DNA from: Hyperthermus butylicus DSM 5456
GTDB lineage: Archaea; Thermoproteota; Thermoprotei_A; Sulfolobales; Pyrodictiaceae
Reading direction: 5' to 3'
NCBI RefSeq assembly: GCF_000015145.1
Contig: NC_008818.1
Location: forward strand, 390,001-422,000
DNA: 32,000 nt
The notes beneath the pieces are model-generated. The model searched no databases. It was not told the DNA's origin and saw only the letters and a list, made by a program, of their open reading frames with translations. Of the stretch, positions 26,211 to 32,000 are shown piece after piece. Within the stretch, counting starts at the first letter, position 1. Every line of letters begins with the position of its first letter. The position numbers and the translations under genes were made by a program.

Positions 26211-27310
26211 GATTCTTCCTCCTCAGAGGCAAAATAGTCATGGACAACACTTACGACAGCTATGACTGCCGCAGCAGCAGCGTATTCTGTCGAGAGGGTT
26301 ACGCCCGGCGCAAAGTCTAGTACGAGGTTTGCAAAGCGGTATACACCCTCAGGTATGCCCTCCCTAGACCCAAACAACATGTTTACCCGACGGCCACTAC
26401 GGAGAAGCTCGTAGAGGTCCTTGGCCCGCTTCGAGACCGGATCTCCCTCAGGCTCGAAGACTATTATGGGTTCGTTGAAGCGGCTCCTAACAAGCTGGTA
26501 TAGATCCTGTACATAGACGGGGACCTTGTATACTTGTCTACCATAGCTCTTCACTTGCACCTGGTACCTAGACTCGATACCCTCGAAAACTCCTTCAAGG
26601 AATGTTTTGAGCTGGAGCGCATCAACAAGCCCTATAGGAGCTATGACGAGTTCTCCCACCTCGAAGTTCTGCACCTCTCTACCTATCCTCACACCCATCG
26701 TCTTGCAAGCATCGAGAGGGCCTAGGTAAGGCATCTGCACTATAGCTATGCGGCGCAGCAGCTTGTAGACGGGATACTTGCCTGGCCGCATCTTCTTCCA
26801 CTCCTTGGAGCCGGGATAGAAGGCTATGAATGCCCGGTCAGCAATTATCTCAACAGCAACAACCTTGTCGGGAAACCTCAGGTTTACCCGTGCACCAGTA
26901 GCCCTCCTAACAGCATCGCCCACGACCACGTTTACGTCTATGCTTGTAAAGTTGTGGCGCCCACGCCTAACAGTCCGAACAGCAAAGGTTTCATTGCTAG
27001 AGATGTACTGCGGCGCTAGCTCCGCTGCAACCCTAGCAATCTCACGGGGATCCGCAGGCGCACACCCTTCAATGACGACGATCTTCTCTGCCTCTGGAAT
27101 ACGCTTCTCTAACTCCTCAGCCACCTTGTACTTGTCGCGGGAAGGCCTAACCAGAACCAGGCCCTTAAACCCACGCGGCGCAGGTATAACCTCTGCACCC
27201 GGATCAATCTCGGCTATATAGCTCGCTGCTACGCGCTCCATACCAAGCACAGTTTTTACAAGAATGTAGTCACACCGGCCGCCAGCGCCGCTAGACAATA
27301 CCCAACCCAC
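26207..27310 (-). CDS. THUMP-domain protein fused to a SPOUT-like (trefoil-knot) putative RNA methyltransferase domain
   Basis: The THUMP signature is clear: ETFAVRTVRRGRHNFTSIDVNVVVGDAVRR..GARVNLRFPDKVVAVEIIADRAFI. The C-terminal part, about 190 aa ending LFGSREGIPEGVY..LVLDFAPGVTLSTEYAAAAAVIAV, resembles the SPOUT SAM-binding knot, but that call is less secure. GTG start. Confidence 0.6.
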   Translation of the reverse strand: MGWVLSSGAGGRCDYILVKTVLGMERVAASYIAEIDPGAEVIPAPRGFKGLVLVRPSRDKYKVAEELEKRIPEAEKIVVIEGCAPADPREIARVAAELAPQYISSNETFAVRTVRRGRHNFTSIDVNVVVGDAVRRATGARVNLRFPDKVVAVEIIADRAFIAFYPGSKEWKKMRPGKYPVYKLLRRIAIVQMPYLGPLDACKTMGVRIGREVQNFEVGELVIAPIGLVDALQLKTFLEGVFEGIESRYQVQVKSYGRQVYKVPVYVQDLYQLVRSRFNEPIIVFEPEGDPVSKRAKDLYELLRSGRRVNMLFGSREGIPEGVYRFANLVLDFAPGVTLSTEYAAAAAVIAVVSVVHDYFASEEEES

Positions 27311-27349
27311 CCACAGCTAAGGCCTGGGAATTGTATGCCAGGGAAAGAA

Positions 27350-27369
27350 CTCAGCATTGAATAGCTGAG
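27350..27369 (-). terminator. Hairpin downstream of rps3ae followed by a T-rich tract; possible terminator
   Basis: ctcagc (27350-55) pairs with gctgag (27364-69). On the minus strand it is followed by TTCTTTCCC and begins 46 nt after the S3Ae stop. Confidence 0.2.
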
Positions 27370-27414
27370 GAATTTAGGAGTAGGCTTGTAATGGGAAAAT
27401 GTTTGGACAGAGCG

Positions 27415-28062
27415 CTAGCGGACTTCGTACATTAGTGGTGATACTACTACTGCTGGCTGTGGTTTGCCGTCTGGTCCGGGTACCGTGAGTAGCTTTGACT
27501 TGTATATCTCGACCTTTCTTAGCGGATAGATCTTCTTTGCTGCCTCGAATATCTCGTTGGCTAACTGGCCGAAGAGCATTGCTTTTATGAGTTCGTCTAG
27601 TGTCATCTCGGCTGCCCGCTTGGTTATTATCTCACCCATTATCTTACGTATAGCCCTCTTCTGGCTTGTCTTACACCTGTAGGTTGTGAGTACTACACCG
27701 GTTATCCTCAGCCCATAGCCATCCTTGGTCTGCACGTTGAATATACCCTGTATCTTGCTACTCTTCCTCCTTATGAGGCTCTTCATGTAGTCCCTTGCCA
27801 GCTCGTGACCCTTAAACCTCGTGTAGGCTTTCAAGTTCTCCTCATCGACATCTACAATCTGGAAGAAGAGGTGGACATGTACTAGCGAGAAGTCGCCGGT
27901 TATGTCGTATAGCGTCGTCTCCATAACCCTGCCTATCAGCTTTCTTGGATCGTCAGCTGGCGTGGTACCCAACACTACGTTACCAAACACGGGCGGTGCT
28001 ATAACCTCATACCACTTCTTGAGCCTCCACTTGTCGCGGATGCTAACCGCCCTACGACTCAT
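27415..28062 (-). CDS. rps3ae: 30S ribosomal protein S3Ae (eS1)
   Basis: N-terminus DKWRLKKWYEVIAPPVFG, with full-length similarity to the archaeal S3Ae family. Its ATG overlaps the upstream gene's TAA (TAATG). Confidence 0.95.
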   Translation of the reverse strand: MSRRAVSIRDKWRLKKWYEVIAPPVFGNVVLGTTPADDPRKLIGRVMETTLYDITGDFSLVHVHLFFQIVDVDEENLKAYTRFKGHELARDYMKSLIRRKSSKIQGIFNVQTKDGYGLRITGVVLTTYRCKTSQKRAIRKIMGEIITKRAAEMTLDELIKAMLFGQLANEIFEAAKKIYPLRKVEIYKSKLLTVPGPDGKPQPAVVVSPLMYEVR

Positions 28063-28409
28063 TACCCGGTACCCCCGAGCCTGCCGTGTTGCTGGCCCGG
28101 CTCCTTTAAAGTCTTAGCAGTAGCTTCAAGTGTTTTGAGGAGGGCGTAGAGAAACTCCAGCATCTCGTCCACAGTGCTCCTTATGGAGCCAAGTTTCCTA
28201 GGGTTGTCAACATCAGCCTCTACGGTTATATGAAGCCCCTCATCGTCATAGGATTCGTTTATTCTCATCCAGCTTGGCGCCGTCTCGTCATCCGGCTTAA
28301 GTGCTTCTATAGCAGCTTCCGCAACACTCCTCTCAACACCATGTATCGTTAATGTTACCCTTATCCGGGCTTTGCTAGCAGCTTGCTGCATTAACCCACC
28401 CCCATACAC
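28062..28409 (-). CDS. pcc1: KEOPS complex subunit Pcc1-like protein
   Basis: The Pcc1/CTAG pattern is present: ARIRVTLTI...AEAAIEALKPD...GLHITVEADVDNPRKLGSIRSTVDEMLEFL. The size and its position next to r-protein genes also fit. An alternative start lies at 28391. Confidence 0.65.
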   Translation of the reverse strand: MYGGGLMQQAASKARIRVTLTIHGVERSVAEAAIEALKPDDETAPSWMRINESYDDEGLHITVEADVDNPRKLGSIRSTVDEMLEFLYALLKTLEATAKTLKEPGQQHGRLGGTG

Positions 28410-29658
28410 TAGCCTCTATGGGTGCTATACAACCCGACTCTACGAGTTGCACTAGTTGCTGGTAGCCTAGACGGCTCGCAACCTCCTCAAGGCTTACAAG
28501 TAGCTTGTCTCCACTCCGTTTTGCTGGTATCTGCTCTGGTGCTAGGTAGCCCAGCTTGCGGAGCACACGATCAGCCAGAAGTACTGGCGTGTTCTCGCTG
28601 AATACTGCTAGCTGTAGCTTGCCAGCGCGCCTTGTCTCGTAGGTACTTGTACTAGATAGTACTTGCTCAGCCACTTGCACCACTATGCTGAAGTCCTTGA
28701 GGTAGCGTGTATAGGCTGCGGCTGCTGCAAGCCTCTCCTCAACACCCAGTGATAGGAGGCTGTAGAGGCCTACCCGCTCGGCATAGTCTGCCAGCACTAA
28801 GCTAGCCTCCCGCAGGTCTGGAAGCGGCGCGGTATAGCTCGTATAGATGAAGCCTATGACCTCTGAAGCTCTCCTTGGAACCCTGCTAGCCTTCTTCAGT
28901 ATTTCGTACAGCTTCTCGCCCAGCACTGTCAACGGGTGCTCCGGCGCCTCCGACACCCTCTTCCCTAAGAGTTGTGCTAGCCGCGGATCGCTCTTCAGAA
29001 ACTCCACCGCTGCATCACGGTTGCCTGTTAGCCCGGGAAGGTAGGGGTCTAGGGTTAACGCTAATGCCTCCTCGGTAGGCTCCAGCGCCCAGCGGAAAAG
29101 CCGAAGGGTAAACATCTCCTCAACACGGTTCTCAAGCTTCAGCAAGTCAAGCAGCGCGTTTTCGAACCCGGTAAACGACGCCTTCTTGCCCCGATCCAGC
29201 TCTCTCCAGTAGCCTGCTATAACACCATAAATCATAAACGGCCCTACTATCGTTACCTCGCTCAGCACTGCCGCCGTAAGCGCTGCCACACTAGAGTCGT
29301 TGACTACCGCTACGGGTATGGGTAGGATTCCCTGAGGCTGCTCCCCATAACCTATGAGGGCTGATGGCCTCCTCGCTGTAACCTCCTCAGCTACGCTAGC
29401 GGGATAGCCTATCAGTAAGCTTGGCTCGACGAGTTCGCCCGGAGGTTTGACTGTAAACCTAACAGCGTATGCGAGGTTATTGCGCTGTAGAACATTAACC
29501 ACTATCGCAGCCGCTAACGCAGCATCAATGGAGGGGAATACGTAGAGCCTGACAAATCCATACTCCTTTAGTGCTGCACCGAGCTGACTGGCAACAGGGC
29601 GGAGGAGGCGGGCCTCCTTTTCGCTTATAATTTTGGCAAAGGCCTCATCGAGGCTCAC
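28375..29658 (-). CDS. RecJ/Cdc45-like protein with degenerate DHH motifs (crenarchaeal RecJdbh-type candidate)
   Basis: 427-aa ORF with a GTG start. Its N-terminal segment LYVFPSIDAALAAAIVVNVL resembles DHH motif I but keeps only one Asp. There is no DHH or GGGH motif anywhere. It sits between rps15 and pcc1/rps3ae, the neighbourhood I recall as conserved for archaeal RecJ/Cdc45 homologues. The call is mainly from synteny. Confidence 0.45.
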   Translation of the reverse strand: MSLDEAFAKIISEKEARLLRPVASQLGAALKEYGFVRLYVFPSIDAALAAAIVVNVLQRNNLAYAVRFTVKPPGELVEPSLLIGYPASVAEEVTARRPSALIGYGEQPQGILPIPVAVVNDSSVAALTAAVLSEVTIVGPFMIYGVIAGYWRELDRGKKASFTGFENALLDLLKLENRVEEMFTLRLFRWALEPTEEALALTLDPYLPGLTGNRDAAVEFLKSDPRLAQLLGKRVSEAPEHPLTVLGEKLYEILKKASRVPRRASEVIGFIYTSYTAPLPDLREASLVLADYAERVGLYSLLSLGVEERLAAAAAYTRYLKDFSIVVQVAEQVLSSTSTYETRRAGKLQLAVFSENTPVLLADRVLRKLGYLAPEQIPAKRSGDKLLVSLEEVASRLGYQQLVQLVESGCIAPIEASVWGWVNAASC

Positions 29659-29696
29659 ACTAAGCCCCCGCTAAACCCGTGCAAATCCGTGAAGAA

Positions 29697-29707
29697 TTAA
29701 AATATCT
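29697..29707 (-). promoter_or_regulatory. TATA box (AGATATTTTAA on the minus strand) for the RecJ-like gene
   Basis: It lies 39-49 nt upstream of the GTG at 29658 and shares the exact 10-mer taaaatatct with 131-140. Confidence 0.45.
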
Positions 29708-29731
29708 AGATCCGTAGAGGGGTTCGGAAGG

Positions 29732-30217
29732 CTAACTTGCAGGCTTCTCCTCCCTGTAGAGGCCGCCTGCCACGAGCAGCTTAGCCTGCTGCGGATCGTA
29801 CTTCCAGTCCCTTGGCAACTTGCCGACGCGTTTGTAGTACTCTGCTAGCCTCCGAATCTTCGACTCTAGGTCTAGGAGGCCCTTCTTCGCATGAGTGTCC
29901 TTAGGGTGCTCCTCAAGGTGACGTCGGAGGTTAACAGCTTTCTCTATGAGACGGAAGAGGTCCTCAGGGACAACCATCTTTATGCCGCGCTCTTCTAGAA
30001 CCTCGGTTATCGACTTACCGAGGATAGGCTTAACCAACGGTATGCCAAATTGGTCTCTGAGAATTATTCCTATCATGCTGGGACCATAGCCCTTCCTTGC
30101 CAGGTCTACGATTATCTCCTCAATCTCCTCGGGGTCGTACTGTATCCACTTGGGCACGGTGGGTGTTGCAGGTCTTGTAGAGTGCGACCTACCCTTCTTC
30201 CTCCTCTTACCAGCCAC
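29732..30217 (-). CDS. rps15: 30S ribosomal protein S15 (uS15, S13e-type)
   Basis: 161-aa ORF with the basic N-terminus [16 protein letters not shown] and the archaeal S15 N-terminal domain ([31 protein letters not shown]). GTG start with GGGGTGGTG upstream. Confidence 0.95.
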   Translation of the reverse strand: MAGKRRKKGRSHSTRPATPTVPKWIQYDPEEIEEIIVDLARKGYGPSMIGIILRDQFGIPLVKPILGKSITEVLEERGIKMVVPEDLFRLIEKAVNLRRHLEEHPKDTHAKKGLLDLESKIRRLAEYYKRVGKLPRDWKYDPQQAKLLVAGGLYREEKPAS

Positions 30218-30253
30218 AAGACACCACCCCGTTCCCGGCGAGTGGGAGCTAGG

Positions 30254-30298
30254 CCCCAGCCCATCTAGGGGCTGGGGAGCCCCCTACTCCCGGGGGCT
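30254..30298. repeat. Two abutting GC-rich hairpins; the second is copy 2 of the AGCCCCC-N7-GGGGGCT motif
   Basis: Hairpin 1 pairs 30254-30262 with 30269-30277 (9 bp, loop atctag). Hairpin 2 pairs 30278-30284 with 30292-30298 (7 bp, loop tactccc). They lie in the 146-nt spacer between the ITPase stop and the rps15 start. Confidence 0.5.
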
Positions 30299-30363
30299 CC
30301 AGGTCTCGTTGCGCGGCTATGCCCGGTAGGGGGCTATAAGTAGTGCTATCGCTCGCAGCACTG

Positions 30364-30936
30364 CTATCGTGGCGGCCCGTATTGCCGTAGCCATCTGCAC
30401 AGCTCTCTGGCTGCCTTTCCGCGGTGCGAGAACTTGTTCTTCTCCTGGGTTTCCATCTCGGCAAAGGTCTTAGACGAGCCTTCGGGTATGAATACTGGAT
30501 CGTATCCGAAGCCCCTATCTCCGCGCGGCTTCTCAGCGATTACTCCGTGGACTGTACCGGTGAATACTTCCACGCCTCCACTATGAGCTAGGGCTATGAC
30601 GGATTTGAAGTATGCTCTTCGGTTTTCAACATCCTCCAGGAGTTTAAGCAGCCCCCTAATACCTATGGTTTTGAAGACGTAGGATGAGTAGGGTCCGGGG
30701 AACCCGCCGAGAGCTTCCACAAAGAGTCCCGCATCTTCTACTATTACTGGACGCTGTAAAGCCAAGTATGCTTGAATGGCTGCATAGGCGGCAACATCTT
30801 CGAGCCTATTGGACTGTACTTCTAGTTTTGATGCCGCTGCTGGCTCTACTCGGTAGCCGCAGCTCTGGAGTACCTCGTTTATCTCTTCAATCTTGTGCTT
30901 GTTTGTGGTCGCGATGAGGATTACTCTTGCCTCCAT
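30364..30936 (-). CDS. Non-canonical purine NTP pyrophosphatase (HAM1/RdgB/ITPase family)
   Basis: N-terminus ILIATTNKHKIEEI, plus EDAGLFVEALGGFPGPYS, FGYDPVF and SHRGKA motifs of the Ham1 family. Confidence 0.92.
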   Translation of the reverse strand: MEARVILIATTNKHKIEEINEVLQSCGYRVEPAAASKLEVQSNRLEDVAAYAAIQAYLALQRPVIVEDAGLFVEALGGFPGPYSSYVFKTIGIRGLLKLLEDVENRRAYFKSVIALAHSGGVEVFTGTVHGVIAEKPRGDRGFGYDPVFIPEGSSKTFAEMETQEKNKFSHRGKAARELCRWLRQYGPPR

Positions 30937-31628
30937 GCTGTCCTCCTCTCCGCCCTATAGCGGCCCATGAGCCTTATCTCCCTCACAAGCTCCATAATCC
31001 TTTCCGTCTTATCGGCACCCCGCACACTGCGGTAGCCCTCAAGGAAGGCTTCAAGCATTTCCTCGACGGCTTCAGGGTGTGTCGATTCTAGGCTGCGCAT
31101 GTAGAGGTGCACGTCCACAGCTTGTTCACGTTCGCTGCTCTTTAGCGAGGCCAGCCCAAAGTCTATGAGGAATATGTTATCGCCAGCTACAAGTACGTTA
31201 CTCGTTGTAAGATCTCCGTGGCTTATACCTGCCTCGTGCAGTTTTGCAGCGTAGGTCCCGAATAGTCTTGCGAGGCTTCTCGCCCTGGGGTCGCCCGCCT
31301 CTATAAGGTCAGCCAGCTTCACACCATTGATATACTCCATTACTATGATGCTGCAGAGAGGATCCACATAGTATAGCTTTGGCACGGGAACCCCTGCTTC
31401 GAGAGCTGCAAGCATTGCACGAGCCTCGGTCACCGTGCGTCTCCACCGGAGTCTAGTATCTAGTGCTGCGTGACGGTAACGCTTTGGAAGGCGAAGCTTT
31501 AGCACCGCTCTTTCTCCGAGCCAGTCTATGAGGTAGAGGTAGGCCTCAGCACCCCGAGCAATGGGCTCTCCTAGCGTCTCGACTAGCTGTTCTACCTCCA
31601 CGGGATCTCCACCACATCTAGTCTCCAT
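30921..31628 (-). CDS. bud32: KEOPS subunit Bud32 (PRPK-type atypical kinase/ATPase)
   Basis: RIO-like small kinase motifs: RGAEAYLY, AVLKLRLPKRYR, ISHGDLTTSNVLV, FLIDFGLA. It lies directly after kae1. The start is ATG 31628 or GTG 31601. Confidence 0.85.
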   Translation of the reverse strand: METRCGGDPVEVEQLVETLGEPIARGAEAYLYLIDWLGERAVLKLRLPKRYRHAALDTRLRWRRTVTEARAMLAALEAGVPVPKLYYVDPLCSIIVMEYINGVKLADLIEAGDPRARSLARLFGTYAAKLHEAGISHGDLTTSNVLVAGDNIFLIDFGLASLKSSEREQAVDVHLYMRSLESTHPEAVEEMLEAFLEGYRSVRGADKTERIMELVREIRLMGRYRAERRTAWRQE

Positions 31629-32000
31629 CGCTGCTTCACCACCGACTCCTCGACATCAACCGTTATCCCTGCAAGATAGTTGAGAAGACCTGTCCAGGCT
31701 ATCATTGCACCGTTATCACCAGCTAGCTGTGGTGGCGGCCAATCCGCTACAGCACCGTGGTATGATGCCATGCTTCTAACCTTGTTGCGAAGTATTGGGC
31801 TTGCTGCTACACCGCCCGTTAACATCACCGATTTCTTCCTCGTGTGAGCCAGCGCCCTTTCAGTAACCTCGACAACACTACCATAGGCTACCTCGCGTAG
31901 GCCTAGACATACCGCAGCCTTCTCATCCTCGCTACCAGCCTTAGTCCATAGCCGTAGAGCCGCTGTTAGGAGCCCCGAGAACGAGACATCCATACCCTTG
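31592..32000 (-). CDS. kae1: tRNA N6-adenosine threonylcarbamoyltransferase Kae1, C-terminal part (gene continues beyond the window)
   Basis: KGMDVSFSGLLTA, TGGVAASPILR and AGDNGAMIAWTG are Kae1/TsaD signatures. The reading frame is open to the window edge. Confidence 0.9.
   Translation of the reverse strand, partial: KGMDVSFSGLLTAALRLWTKAGSEDEKAAVCLGLREVAYGSVVEVTERALAHTRKKSVMLTGGVAASPILRNKVRSMASYHGAVADWPPPQLAGDNGAMIAWTGLLNYLAGITVDVEESVVKQRWRLDVVEIPWR

Noticed and set aside
31592-31628. The kae1/bud32 overlap as a frameshifted pseudogene of a fused Kae1-Bud32
   Set aside because: Both ORFs are full-length with intact motifs, and separate adjacent genes are normal in crenarchaea. Short out-of-frame overlaps are frequent throughout this window.
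1-32000. A CRISPR array or cas operon to go with the Cas4-like gene, and mobile-element or defence-island signatures
   Set aside because: I saw no regularly spaced direct repeats, no other cas-like genes, and no transposase, integrase or terminal inverted repeats. The window reads as core chromosome.

Overview
This 32-kb window is a gene-dense, almost entirely coding stretch of an archaeal chromosome. Gene content points to a hyperthermophilic crenarchaeon (Thermoprotei, Desulfurococcales-like): ribosomal proteins S3Ae and archaeal-type S15, KEOPS subunits Kae1/Bud32/Pcc1, an ATP-dependent DNA ligase, frequent GTG/TTG starts, TATA boxes 25-40 nt upstream of starts, and moderately high GC. From memory the ligase resembles Hyperthermus/Pyrolobus-type sequences, but I cannot verify that here. 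I call about 33 protein genes. Left third: a head-to-head pair of PAPS-reductase-family PP-loop enzymes, a binding-protein plus permease ABC importer with no ATPase gene, a TldD/PmbA protease pair, and a rhomboid protease with a long C-terminal extension. Middle: a TIM-barrel isomerase-like protein, an MDR dehydrogenase-like protein, a class-I aminotransferase, a stand-alone Cas4-like Fe-S protein, a KaiC/RadA-paralog ATPase, and a CBS-fused cation/proton antiporter. Right third: DNA ligase, a metallophosphoesterase, a ClC channel, and a conserved minus-strand information-processing cluster (Kae1, Bud32, ITPase, S15, RecJ/Cdc45-like, Pcc1, S3Ae, THUMP-SPOUT methyltransferase). I found no rRNA, convincing tRNA, CRISPR array, transposase or integrase, and no clear defence island, so the window looks like core genome. 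The most checkable unexplained signals are these: (1) two convergent-gene spacers (74 nt and 306 nt) in a genome whose other five convergent pairs in this window overlap, the 74-nt one holding a C/D-box-like sRNA candidate; (2) an exact AGCCCCC-N7-GGGGGCT hairpin motif at two distant loci, each about 70 nt downstream of a minus-strand stop codon; (3) tandem GC hairpins in the spacer upstream of rps15; (4) a Cas4-like protein that keeps its four Fe-S cysteines but appears, by eye, to have lost its catalytic residues; (5) the divergent PP-loop pair. All functional calls rest on motif recognition by eye. No database search was run.
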